A stretch of DNA of 64,000 nt from Gemmatimonadota bacterium. Its GTDB lineage: Bacteria; Gemmatimonadota; Gemmatimonadetes; Palauibacterales; Palauibacteraceae. Of the stretch, positions 32,581 through 42,058 are shown one piece after another. The position numbers and the translations under genes are program-made. The notes beneath the pieces were generated by a model that saw nothing but the letters and a program-made list of their open reading frames with translations, ran no database searches and was not told the DNA's origin. The DNA lies in assembly GCA_965116475.1 (NCBI GenBank), contig OZ220691.1, positions 2,400,001 to 2,464,000 of the forward strand, read 5' to 3'. Positions within the stretch are counted from its first letter, which is position 1; the number at the start of each line of letters is the position of its first letter.

Positions 32581-32727
32581 CTACCGCGGACCCCCCGCTC
32601 CGGCTCCCTCGCCGCCCCGGCCCGAAGCCGCGGCGCGTTCCCGGCGTCGCAGGCGGAGGAGATACCAGCCCAGCGCGACCCAGGTGATGCCGTACCCGGC
32701 GCCGATAAACAGCCAGTGATCGTTCAT
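32581..32727 (-). CDS. ccmD: Heme exporter protein D
   Basis: 48 aa, single TM with GYG then basic tail, directly after ccmC. Confidence 0.75.
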   Translation of the reverse strand: MNDHWLFIGAGYGITWVALGWYLLRLRRRERAAASGRGGEGAGAGGPR

Positions 32728-32734
32728 ACCCGGT

Positions 32735-33394
32735 TCACCCTTCCTCCGGTCCCGACAGTTCGAGTTCGAGTTCCGTTGCGGCCAGCCGGTAGCGCCGCAG
32801 CCACAGGTACGCGAACGCGAGCGCATAGGCGACGAATCCGAGCAGCATCACGAGCCCGTACGCGCTCCACATCGACTGCGGCGACGACGGGGGCTGGTGC
32901 AGGCTCCGCCACCAGAACACCGACAGGTACACGATCGGGACCTGGACGAACGCGATGAGGCCGATCACGGCCGCCCAGCGCGCCCGCCGGTCCGGATCCT
33001 CCGCCATCGACCGCACGACGAGGTATCCCGTGTAGATCGGTACGAGGAGCGCCGTGGTCGTGATTCGCGGGTCCCACGCCCACCAGATGCCCCACGTGGG
33101 CCGGCCCCACAGCGTGCCGAGGATGAGGGTGAGGACGGCGGCAAGCACCCCGAGTTCCGCCGCGGAGACCGCGAGCAGATCCCATTTCAGCCGGCGCTGC
33201 ACGAGGTAGAGGATGCTCATGAGGAAGACGACGAAGAAGGCGAGCATCATCACCCACGCGACCGGCACGTGGACGTAGAGGAGGCGCTGGACCTCGCCCT
33301 GCAGCGCGTCGGCGGGCAACACGGCGAGTCCGAGCACGCTGCCCACGGCGATGAGGGCGATCGCGAGCCACCCGAGCATGGTCAGTCTGTTCAT
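32735..33394 (-). CDS. ccmC: Heme exporter protein C
   Basis: YVHVPVAW, WGRPTWGIWWAWDPR (WWD motif), WWRSLHQ. Confidence 0.95.
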   Translation of the reverse strand: MNRLTMLGWLAIALIAVGSVLGLAVLPADALQGEVQRLLYVHVPVAWVMMLAFFVVFLMSILYLVQRRLKWDLLAVSAAELGVLAAVLTLILGTLWGRPTWGIWWAWDPRITTTALLVPIYTGYLVVRSMAEDPDRRARWAAVIGLIAFVQVPIVYLSVFWWRSLHQPPSSPQSMWSAYGLVMLLGFVAYALAFAYLWLRRYRLAATELELELSGPEEG

Positions 33395-33404
33395 GAGACC
33401 CGCA

Positions 33405-34085
33405 TCACTCCTCGAGGACGACGGGGAAGATCCAGAGGCAGACCACGAACAATATCACGTCGTAGGACGCCAGTAACCTCAGCCACCCTGACGCCCGTCC
33501 GAGCGGGTCGCCGGCCAGGAACGCCTCGGTCGCGCCCACGCTCCCGAGGACGACGGGGACGAGGGCGGGGAAGAGGAGGAGCGGCAGCAGGAGTTCGCGC
33601 GCCCGGAGGTGGACGGTGAGGGCGGAGAAGAAGGTCCCGATGACGGAGAAGCCGAAGGTGCCGAGGGCGGCCACGAGGAGGAGCGGGCCGGCCTGCGCGG
33701 TGAAGTCGACTTGGTAGAGGATCGCGGCGGCGGGGAAGAGGACGACCTCGAGCGCGGCGAGCACCACGAGGTTGCCGGCCAGCTTGCCCAGGTAGATCGC
33801 GCGCACGTCGCCGGGATAGAGCCGCAGCAGGTGGGTCCCGCCCGCAAGCTCCTCGTTCTGGAACGTCCGGCCCAGGGAGAGGGTGCCGGTGAAGACGATC
33901 GCCACCCAGAGGAGGCCGCCGGCCAGCCGTCCGAGCAGGTCGTTGTCCACGCCGATGGCGAAGCTGAACATGAAGAGGACGAGGGCGGCGAAAGAGAGCA
34001 TCGCCGTGAACCCCTGCCGCGTGCGGGTCTCCGAAAGGATGTCCTTCCACAGGATGGCGGCGGCGCGCCGCGCGAGCGCGCTCAT
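33405..34085 (-). CDS. ccmB: Heme exporter protein B
   Basis: ILWKDILSE-R, GLLWVAI-F, ELLLPLLLFP. Confidence 0.93.
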   Translation of the reverse strand: MSALARRAAAILWKDILSETRTRQGFTAMLSFAALVLFMFSFAIGVDNDLLGRLAGGLLWVAIVFTGTLSLGRTFQNEELAGGTHLLRLYPGDVRAIYLGKLAGNLVVLAALEVVLFPAAAILYQVDFTAQAGPLLLVAALGTFGFSVIGTFFSALTVHLRARELLLPLLLFPALVPVVLGSVGATEAFLAGDPLGRASGWLRLLASYDVILFVVCLWIFPVVLEE

Positions 34086-34732
34086 GCGGTTCCCGCGGCC
34101 ACCCGGCCGCCCACCAGCCGCACGACCTCGTCGGCGTGTCGGGTCGCGTCCTCGACCCGGTGCGAGGCGATGACCACGGCGGCGCCGGCCTCGCGCCACC
34201 CGCGGACCGCCTCGTGCACGAGGCCCACGCCGTCCTCGTCCAGGCTCACGAAGGGCTCGTCGAGCAGCACCAGTTCCAGGGGGCGGAGCCGGAGCCGCGC
34301 CAGCTCGAGGCGCTGGCGCATCCCGGTCGACCACGCGCGCACCGGGACGTCCGCCGCCGCGCCGAGATCGACCGCGGCCAGTGCGCCCCGCAGGTCGTCG
34401 TCCGCGGCCGCCGTCCCGGACATGCGGGCCGCGAAGCGCAGGTTCTCGACCCCGGTCAACTCCTCGTAGGCGTGCCCGCCGGCCGTCATGAACGCGGCGC
34501 CCGTGCGGATCTCGTCCCCGCCGGCGGGAAGCGTGTGACCCAAGACCTGCAGCCGGCCCGCCGTCGGCCTGAGCAGCGTCGAGATGAGGCGGAGCAGCGT
34601 CGTCTTGCCCGTCCCGTTGGCGCCGAGCAGGGCGACGACCGCCCCGCGCGGCACGGCGAAGTCGACCCCCCGCAGCGCCCAGCGCCGTCCGAAGCGCCGG
34701 GTGACGCCCTCCGCGGCGACCGCGAGACTCAC
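34082..34732 (-). CDS. ccmA: Heme exporter ATP-binding protein A
   Basis: GANGTGKTT, WSTGMRQR, LLDEPF; first gene of ccmABCD. Confidence 0.92.
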   Translation of the reverse strand: MSLAVAAEGVTRRFGRRWALRGVDFAVPRGAVVALLGANGTGKTTLLRLISTLLRPTAGRLQVLGHTLPAGGDEIRTGAAFMTAGGHAYEELTGVENLRFAARMSGTAAADDDLRGALAAVDLGAAADVPVRAWSTGMRQRLELARLRLRPLELVLLDEPFVSLDEDGVGLVHEAVRGWREAGAAVVIASHRVEDATRHADEVVRLVGGRVAAGTA

Positions 34733-34785
34733 CGGCGCGCCCGCGCGATTGGCCAGCCGCCGAGGGCGCTCATACGTTCCGCCGC

Positions 34786-35991
34786 ATGGAACTCGACCGG
34801 ATCGCCCGTCTCGCCGGAGGCGGCGGGGGCAAGGTGCTGCTCTACGTGCTCGACGGGCTGGGCGGGCTGCCCCGCGAGCCCGGGGGGCCGACAGAACTCG
34901 AGGCCGCCCGCACCCCGCACCTCGACGAACTCGCCCGCGCCGGGACGTGCGGTCTCCACGACCCCGTTGCCCCGGGCATCACCCCGGGCAGCGGCCCCGG
35001 CCACCTGGCCCTGTTCGGCTACGACCCCCTCGTGTACGAGACCGGCCGCGGCGTGCTCGAAGCCCTCGGCATCGACTTCCCCCTCCGACCGGGCGACATC
35101 GCCGTGCGGGCCAACTTCTGCACCCTCGACGCCCACGGCCGGGTGGCCGACCGCCGCGCGGGCCGCATCCCGTGCGAGGAAGCCGCCCCCCTGGCCGCCC
35201 GGCTCAACGGCATCGAACTCGACGGCGCCCGCTGCACCGTGCGCCACGTGAAGGAACACCGCTTCGTCCTCGTCCTGCACCCCGACGCCCCCGCGGGCGA
35301 CGCCGTGAACGACACCGACCCCGGCCGGCCCGGCCTGCCGACCAGGGCCCCGGTGGCGCGGAACGCGGCAGCCGAGCCGACCGCGCGGCTCCTCGCGGCG
35401 TGGCTCGAAGCCGCCGCCGAACGGCTCGCCGACCGGACCCAGGCGAACATGGCGCTCCTGCGCGGCGTCTCCAGCCAGCCCGACTGGCCCCGCTTCGGCG
35501 ATGTATTCGGCATGCGGGCCACGGCGGCGGCCGCCTACCCCATGTACCGGGGCGTCGCGCGCCTCGTCGGCATGGACGCGCGCACGGTGCCCGCGGGCGC
35601 CCCCCCGCTCGTCGACGCCCTGAAGGCCCGGTTCGCCGAGCACGATTTCTTCTTCCTCCACTTCAAGCCTCCCGACAAGGCCGGAGAAGACGGCGACTTC
35701 GACCGCAAGGTAGCCGCCATCGAGGAAGCGGACGTCATCGTCCCGGATCTCGTCGATGCGGGCCCCGACGTCATCCTCGTGACCGGCGACCACTCGACCC
35801 CCTCCGTCATGAGCAGCCACAGCTGGCACCCCGTGCCCTTCCTCCTCCACGGCCCCCCGGCCCGCAACGACGCCGCCACCACGTTCGGCGAGACCGCCTG
35901 CCGCGCCGGCGCCCACGGCCGCGTTCGAGGCTGCGACCTCATGCGCCTCGCCACGGCCAGCGCCGGTCGCCTCACGAAGTTCGGAGCCTAG
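34786..35991 (+). CDS. apgM: 2,3-bisphosphoglycerate-independent phosphoglycerate mutase (ApgM type)
   Basis: LDGLGG, TPGSGPGHLALFGYDP, GRGVLEALG, TGDHSTP, HSWHPVP. Confidence 0.93.
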   Translation: MELDRIARLAGGGGGKVLLYVLDGLGGLPREPGGPTELEAARTPHLDELARAGTCGLHDPVAPGITPGSGPGHLALFGYDPLVYETGRGVLEALGIDFPLRPGDIAVRANFCTLDAHGRVADRRAGRIPCEEAAPLAARLNGIELDGARCTVRHVKEHRFVLVLHPDAPAGDAVNDTDPGRPGLPTRAPVARNAAAEPTARLLAAWLEAAAERLADRTQANMALLRGVSSQPDWPRFGDVFGMRATAAAAYPMYRGVARLVGMDARTVPAGAPPLVDALKARFAEHDFFFLHFKPPDKAGEDGDFDRKVAAIEEADVIVPDLVDAGPDVILVTGDHSTPSVMSSHSWHPVPFLLHGPPARNDAATTFGETACRAGAHGRVRGCDLMRLATASAGRLTKFGA

Positions 35992-36146
35992 CCGCCGCGC
36001 CCGAATCCGTACAGCCCACGCGGGTTTTCGGCGATTCCCACGCCCCCATCCGGCCCCACCGCCCATCGAGCCCGATGCAAGTTTGATGCTCGGGCGGGCA
36101 ATTAAGAGTAGGGGGGTGCATCGGAAACGCTCGGAGGGAGTACCGG

Positions 36147-37357
36147 ATGATCAACGTTCTTGCGGGCTCGGAAAACGACGCCGCGCTCATCGCGCAAGCC
36201 GTCGGCAACGCCGCACAGGTCGTGGCGGATGCGGCTCAGTTCACGAACGGCGATGGCCCCGTGGAGTGCCTGATTCTCGGTTGCCGCCATCCCATCCCGG
36301 CGGAGACGATCGAACTCCTGCGGGACATCGAACGGAAGAGGCTGTGGATGCCCCTCATCCTCGTCACGGATCGCGTGCCCGAGGCCGCGCGCCGGCTGAG
36401 CGACGATAAAGCGCCCCTTGCGCTTCAGTTCGGTTCGATTGCCGGAGCCGCAAGGGGCCCGTCGGGGACCGTCTTCGTGCTTGATGCCCAAGCGTCGGAA
36501 CTTCGGGCGTTCACGAGCGGGACGGGCGTGGCAAGTTTCGCGGTCGACACCTTCCAGGTGCTGGGTGGAGCGGGCCTGGGGCCTGGCGAATTCCAGTCGC
36601 CGAGGGCGTTGGCGCTCGGTGCGAACGGTACCGTGGCCGTGTTCGAGTCCATGGGCAGTGTGCACCAGTTCACGAACCGGGCAGGCGTGCTCGAGCACGA
36701 TGGCACCATTCAGCTCCGGATCGATGTCGACGATGCGTGTATTCTGGGTTCGGAACTCGTCGTCGCCGGCAGGGACCTCCAGCGGCCCGGGTCGATACAC
36801 GTATTCACCCTGGAGGGAGAGTGGCTGCGGTCTTTCGGCCACTTCTACGATACGGACAATCACCGCGTGTCGGCCGTGCTCCACCGTTCCAAGGTGGCTT
36901 GCCTGGAAGCATCGCGGCAGATTGTCGTGGCGCCGTGTTTCTGCCGGAACTCAGGAAGTACGATGCACACGGCCGATTGCTCTGGTGGTCCGCCTTGGAC
37001 GGCCTGTCGCCGGTGTACCTGGAGGAGATGCCCAATGGGGCCATTGCGACCGGCACGCCGGAGGACGGATACCACGGGACGGTGGCGGTGCAGGCCGACG
37101 AGAACCTCAACGCGGTGATACTCCAGGTGGCTTTCGTAACGCGGGAACGCCGGCGGAAGGGTGAGGCTCCCGATATTTTGACCTATGTGTTCAAACTGGA
37201 CGAGGGTCACGGTACGCTATTCGAGGGCGATGTCGATACCGTCCGGGATTTGTTTCCCGACGGTGCTCTGTTGTCGGCCCGACTTCCGTTCCCGACCCTG
37301 CGGATGGTTTCGTGGGCCGAGGGCGTGAGTCGGAGAGTCGCCGGGGGTGCGCCGTGA
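36147..37357 (+). pseudogene. Chimeric ORF: receiver-like N-terminus fused to a 6-bladed beta-propeller, frameshift at about 36935
   Basis: CLILG...PLILVT (receiver-like), then GTVFVLDAQ, GGAGLGPGEFQSPR (NHL-like); frames join at VVAP|VFLPELRKYD. Confidence 0.65.
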
Positions 37358-38817
37358 CGCCTGCTGCCTTCATGTCAACGAACCTTATGCGCTCGCGCGC
37401 TCACGGGGTAACGTGGCGCAGGATGTTCATTGCGTTCGCGCTGAGCGTCGCGTGGCCGTCGGGGGCGGCGGGTCAAGAACCGGGACGGGTGATGGGCGTG
37501 GTCCGCGCCGAGGACACCGGCGCGCCCGTGGAGGGGGCTGCGGTACGGCTGGCGGGAGCCGACGTCGTGGTGGCGGAAACCGTCACGGGCTTGGGCGGCG
37601 CCTTTGCCTTCGACGGGATCGCGCCGGGCGAGTATGTGCTCGGCGTGCGGCGCATCGGGTTCGCCGCGTACAGCGTGCCACTGGAGGTGGGGCCTGACGG
37701 GACGGCCCCGCTAGATGTGCGGCTGTCGCTGGACCCGGTTGAGATGGCGCCGCTGGAGGTGGACGTCGAGGGCCGACCGCTCCGCCTGGTCGAGACCGGT
37801 TTCTACGACCGGCTGGAGGAGGGCTGGGGCACGTACTTCGAGCCGGAGTGGATCAGGACCCGAAGCGTGGGAGTCGCACGACTGGCGCACTTCGTGTCGA
37901 ACCTGCAGATGCGGGCCCCCCTGTCCCGGTGTCCCACGGTGCAGGTCTGGTACGACCGGAGACTCATCGGGACAGTCGCTGGCTGGGGAACCAGCCAGCC
38001 GGCGTCGATCAATCCCGGCGGGACGCACCGGTCCGCCGGGGAGTCGCCCGCGCAACTGCTGGACGAACTGTCCGTGACGGATCTGGGCGCCGCTGAACTG
38101 TACCCGACTTCGTCTCCCATCCCGCTCTTTGCGCTCAACACTCACACGGTTCGCTGCGGGGCCATCATCCTGTGGTCCGACTGGATGGCGCAGATAGGGG
38201 GAGAGGTTCCGCAGATCGAAGTGAAGCTCTGCGAGCCGACTGGCGGTTCCGGCGCAGTGACGCTGGACGGGACCATCGAAGACCGGCTCACCGAGGTGCG
38301 GCTGCCGGCGGCCCGCATCCGGGCGTCGTTCGCGCCGGAGGGCGAGGTTGATCCGCCCGAACTCCGCGAGATCGAGGTGCGGTCCGACTCGACCGGCCGC
38401 TTCCGGCTCTGCGACCTCCCGTCGGGAACCGACGTCACGCTCGCGCCCTCGTACGGTCCCCATCCGGGCGAGGTCGCTGTGCTCCGTGCCGAATCCGGTG
38501 AAGCGGCCCGTCTGGTCGTCCCCGTCACGATGCCGGGATCGGTTGCCGGACGGGTCGTGAACGGGAACACGGGGCGGGGGTTCCCGGCCGTCCCCGTCAT
38601 GCTGGTCGGCACAGATGTGCGGGCCGTGACCGATGGTGCAGGCCGCTTCACGATGGAGGACCTGCCCCCGGGCTCGTACCAGGTGCGGGCCGACTGCGGG
38701 GGCTTCGAGTCGCCAACGCCGCGGGTTGCCGTCTCGGAGGCAGGACAGGCCCGGGTCCTCCTCGTCCTCGAGCCCGAAGACCGCTCCGGCCGCGATCTAC
38801 GCCGCTGCGACAACTGA
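37354..38817 (+). CDS. Secreted carboxypeptidase-regulatory-like domain protein (copy 1)
   Basis: Signal peptide ending AAG-Q, G-Y-L-VRRIGF, GFYDRLEEGWG, CGAIILWS, TDGAGRFTMEDLPPGSY; start uncertain. Confidence 0.85.
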   Translation: MTPAAFMSTNLMRSRAHGVTWRRMFIAFALSVAWPSGAAGQEPGRVMGVVRAEDTGAPVEGAAVRLAGADVVVAETVTGLGGAFAFDGIAPGEYVLGVRRIGFAAYSVPLEVGPDGTAPLDVRLSLDPVEMAPLEVDVEGRPLRLVETGFYDRLEEGWGTYFEPEWIRTRSVGVARLAHFVSNLQMRAPLSRCPTVQVWYDRRLIGTVAGWGTSQPASINPGGTHRSAGESPAQLLDELSVTDLGAAELYPTSSPIPLFALNTHTVRCGAIILWSDWMAQIGGEVPQIEVKLCEPTGGSGAVTLDGTIEDRLTEVRLPAARIRASFAPEGEVDPPELREIEVRSDSTGRFRLCDLPSGTDVTLAPSYGPHPGEVAVLRAESGEAARLVVPVTMPGSVAGRVVNGNTGRGFPAVPVMLVGTDVRAVTDGAGRFTMEDLPPGSYQVRADCGGFESPTPRVAVSEAGQARVLLVLEPEDRSGRDLRRCDN

Positions 38818-38823
38818 CACGCC

Positions 38824-38858
38824 GGTCGGGTGGTGCTGAGCGCCTCATCGGAGTGTTC
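38824..38858 (-). repeat. Fragment A of the SPW gene 3' end
   Basis: 30/35 identical to 42057-42091 by manual alignment. Confidence 0.85.
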
Positions 38859-39176
38859 ACAGTTCAGAGCTTGAAGACTCTCCAGATGCCGTTACAGCCC
38901 GAGAGTGACCCTGACCTGCGGCGCGTTGCTGCTCCTGGCGGGCCTCCTCGCTCGTGGGGTGAGGGTGACCGCCCGGATTTGGGAGTTGCGGACGACCGGG
39001 AGGTGGTTGACGTCTCCGCGTCTCTGGAGGCGCTCATCGGGCCCAGCTTGCGAATCGGGAACGGAGTCCGGAACCCACTTCATTCCGGCTCGCGGCGGAT
39101 CTCCCGCCTTCTACACGAGCAGCGAGGTGTGGACTATGACGCCTTCGTACGGGCGCTCGGCGTGGAGCCACGGTAG
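38853..39176 (+). pseudogene. Possible remnant of an unknown gene (107-aa ORF)
   Basis: Start codon lies inside fragment A; stop immediately precedes fragment B; no recognisable family. Confidence 0.4.
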
Positions 39177-39179
39177 GAG

Positions 39180-39213
39180 ACGTTCCCGCGGGAACGTGCG
39201 GGGTCAGGCGGTG
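39180..39213 (-). repeat. Fragment B: 18-bp palindrome plus SPW stop codon region
   Basis: ACGTTCCCGCGGGAACGT..GGGGTCAGGCGGTG matches 42033-42068 (17/18, short indel, 14/14). Confidence 0.9.
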
Positions 39214-39317
39214 GTACTCGCACCGCCCGCCCGCAGGCGTCAGATTTCGATCTGGAACAGGAGAGGAAAGGGAAGTTCCGGGCTACCCGAGAGGGAGGTT
39301 GGACGATCGGAGTTCCG

Positions 39318-40811
39318 GTGGATTCGTCACGCGAGGCCGTCCTGATCGAGCGGACGGTCGGTGCCGTGGCGACGAGTCTCGCAAGGTCGTGCGCTCGCGG
39401 CGTGACGCGGCGCCTGGTGCTCGTGGCGCTCGCGCTGGGCGTCGCGTGGCCGATGGTGGCGGCGGGGCAGGAGCCGGGACGGGTGATGGGCGTGGTCCGC
39501 GCCGAGGACACCGGCGCGCCCGTCGAGGGGGCTGCGGTACGGCTGGCCGGAGGGGACGTCGTGGTGGCGGAAACCGTCACGGGCCTGAGCGGCGCCTTCT
39601 CCTTCGACGGAATCGCGCCGGGCGAGTATGTGCTCGGCGTGCGGCGCATCGGGTTCGCCGCCTACAGCGTGCCGCTGGAGGTGGGGCCCGACCGGCCGGG
39701 CCCGCTCGATGTGCGGCTGTTGCTGGACCCGGTCGAAGTGGCGCCGCTGGAGGTGGACGTCGAGGGTCGGCCGCTCCGCCTCGTCGAGACAGGCTTCTAC
39801 GACCGGCTGGAGGAAGGCTGGGGCACGTACTTCGAGCCCGAGTGGGTCCGAACCCGAAGCGTCGGCTTCACCCGGTTGTCGCACTTCGTGTCGAGCCTGC
39901 AGATGCGGGCCCCCCAGTCCCGCTGTCCCTCTGTACCGGTCTACTACGACCGGGAACTCATCGGCGAAGCCGATGGCTGGGGAACCAGTCGGCCGCGGTC
40001 GCTCAATCCGGCCGGCACGCAACGATCCGCCGTGGAGCCGCCCGCGCAATTCATGGACGAACTGTCCGTGGCGGATCTGGGTGCCGCCGAGGTCTATCCG
40101 ACTTCGTCTCCCATCCCGCTCTTCGCATTCAACGATACCACGATCAGCTGCGGGGCCATCATTCTGTGGTCCGACTGGATGGCGCAGATAGGGGGAGAGG
40201 TTCCGCAGATCGACGTGAAGCTCTGCGAGCCGACTGGCGGTTCCGGCGCAGTGACGCTGGACGGGACGGTCGAAGACCGGCTCACGGAGGTGCGGCTGCC
40301 GGCGGCCCGCATCCGGGCGTCGTTCGCGCCGGCCGACCAGGAGGGGCCGCGCGAACTCCCCGAGATCGAAGTGCGGTCCGACTCGACGGGCCGCTTCCGG
40401 CTCTGCGACCTTCCGTCGGGAACTGGCGTCACACTGGCGCCCTCCTACGGCCCCCATCCGGGCGAGGTCGCCACGCTCCGCGCCGAACCCGGCGCCGCGG
40501 CGCGTCTGATCGTCCCCGTCACCATGCCGGGCTCGGTCGTCGGGCGGGTCGTCAACGGGAACACGGGGCGGGGGTTCCCGGTCGTACCGATCGTTCTGAT
40601 CGGCACTGATGTCCGGGCCGTGACCGATGGTGCCGGCCGCTTCACGATGGAGGATCTGCCCCCGGGCTCGTACCAGGTGCGGGCCGACTGCGGGGGCTTC
40701 GAGTCGCCAACGCCGCGGGTCGTCGTCTCGGAGGCAGGGCAGGCCCGCGTCCTCCTCGTCCTCGAGCCCGAAGACCGCTCCGGCCGCGACCTGCGCCGCT
40801 GCGACAACTGA
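39318..40811 (+). CDS. Secreted carboxypeptidase-regulatory-like domain protein (copy 2)
   Basis: Close paralog of 37354-38817 with the same C-terminus RDLRRCDN; start uncertain. Confidence 0.85.
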   Translation: MDSSREAVLIERTVGAVATSLARSCARGVTRRLVLVALALGVAWPMVAAGQEPGRVMGVVRAEDTGAPVEGAAVRLAGGDVVVAETVTGLSGAFSFDGIAPGEYVLGVRRIGFAAYSVPLEVGPDRPGPLDVRLLLDPVEVAPLEVDVEGRPLRLVETGFYDRLEEGWGTYFEPEWVRTRSVGFTRLSHFVSSLQMRAPQSRCPSVPVYYDRELIGEADGWGTSRPRSLNPAGTQRSAVEPPAQFMDELSVADLGAAEVYPTSSPIPLFAFNDTTISCGAIILWSDWMAQIGGEVPQIDVKLCEPTGGSGAVTLDGTVEDRLTEVRLPAARIRASFAPADQEGPRELPEIEVRSDSTGRFRLCDLPSGTGVTLAPSYGPHPGEVATLRAEPGAAARLIVPVTMPGSVVGRVVNGNTGRGFPVVPIVLIGTDVRAVTDGAGRFTMEDLPPGSYQVRADCGGFESPTPRVVVSEAGQARVLLVLEPEDRSGRDLRRCDN

Positions 40812-40813
40812 CC

Positions 40814-40879
40814 CTCCGCCCATCCCGGTGCCCGTACCCACGGTGGTGACGCCGAAGACGAGGTCGTTGAACAGGGCCT
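40814..40879 (-). repeat. Fragment C of the SPW gene 3' region
   Basis: 57/66 identical to 42100-42165; reads ALFNDLVFGVTTVGTGTGMGG versus AFFNDLMFGVITVGTGAAMGG. Confidence 0.92.
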
Positions 40880-42021
40880 ATCGCCGTCACCGGCTGGCGT
40901 CGCCCAGGCTTCGAACCGCGCTCGCGGCAGTCACGCTGTTCGCCGCCTGCGGCGAGCAGACCGAGTCCGGGTCGCAGCCGCTCCAGCTCGATCCGTATGC
41001 TTCCGTGATCGCGCCGCCGAGCCTGATCGACGAGATCGTGCTGCTGGAGGGTGAAAGGGCCTGCGTCATCGATACCTACTGGTACCGTGTCGTCTGCACC
41101 GATCCGGGCGGTGATTCCTTCAGGTTCGGCAGGGAAGGCGAAGGGCCGGGCGAGTTCACGGACCCGACCGAGGTCCTCCGCGGGCCAGCGGGAATGATCG
41201 GTGTAGTGGACCCGCGATCGAACCGCCTGTCGATGTTCTTGCGGTCCGGTGAGTTTGTGGCTTCCACTCCGGGGCTGCAGGGGATCCCGGGCATCCTGAC
41301 CAGCAGCGGCCCGTCCGCCACGGGCGGGACGATGGCCACAAGCTTTCGGAAGTTCGGTCCGGACAGGCGTTCAGGCTCTTCCACCGCGCAAGCGGAAATC
41401 GATACCGCCACGGGCCGGGTCGTATGGGAGCGGACGTTCCCGGACGAGGCCGATGTGGTGAACTGCTCGACCCCCAGACCCGGATCACCCCGCCGTCAGA
41501 TGGGAACGGGATACGATGACGGGGACGGCGGCTTGGTCTTCGTGACGTGCTACGGGGAGTTCCTGGTTTGGTATGCCGACCGTGACGCGGACGAACCGGG
41601 CGCCATCGTGCGGACCACGTACGTCGAGCGATACCCGACCGACGAAGACGTCGCTTCCGAGCTTCGGTTCCTGAACTCGATTCCATCGGGCGGCTTCCGC
41701 CCGGACGTCGATGAGGAAGACATCCGGGCGCGACCCAAGGCCTGGTACGGCGCGCGCGTGGTGGACGACGAGTGTCGATTCTGGGCGGTGTCGCATTGGA
41801 ATTCGAGCGACGTAACCCCGTCGCTCAGCTACATCGACATGTTCCGGCTCACCGACACAGGCCCCGGGTACGCGCTGACGCTGCAAGTGGCGGACAAGGT
41901 GGTGGGGATGGATGTGCTCGGAAACGCGCTCGCCGTGCTCGTGGAGCGCGAAACCGGTGGCGTAGTCCGCGAGCGCCGCGTGGACTGGTACGACGTGACC
42001 GACGTGGCCCCTCAACGCTGA
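40867..42021 (+). CDS. 6-bladed beta-propeller lipoprotein
   Basis: Lipobox LFAAC, FGREGEGPGEF NHL-like motif; the only candidate starts (GTG/TTG) after the upstream gene fall within fragment C. Confidence 0.8.
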   Translation: MNRAYRRHRLASPRLRTALAAVTLFAACGEQTESGSQPLQLDPYASVIAPPSLIDEIVLLEGERACVIDTYWYRVVCTDPGGDSFRFGREGEGPGEFTDPTEVLRGPAGMIGVVDPRSNRLSMFLRSGEFVASTPGLQGIPGILTSSGPSATGGTMATSFRKFGPDRRSGSSTAQAEIDTATGRVVWERTFPDEADVVNCSTPRPGSPRRQMGTGYDDGDGGLVFVTCYGEFLVWYADRDADEPGAIVRTTYVERYPTDEDVASELRFLNSIPSGGFRPDVDEEDIRARPKAWYGARVVDDECRFWAVSHWNSSDVTPSLSYIDMFRLTDTGPGYALTLQVADKVVGMDVLGNALAVLVERETGGVVRERRVDWYDVTDVAPQR

Positions 42022-42058
42022 CAAGGCGGGCCACGTTCCCGCGGAAACGTCCAGGGGG

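Noticed and set aside
36030..36070. Possible fourth SPW scar after apgM (gattcc...ccgcccatcg)
   Set aside because: Only short GC-rich matches; not convincing without computation.
37354..40811. Diversity-generating retroelement TR/VR pair
   Set aside because: Similarity spans whole genes, differences are not adenine-specific, and no reverse transcriptase is present.
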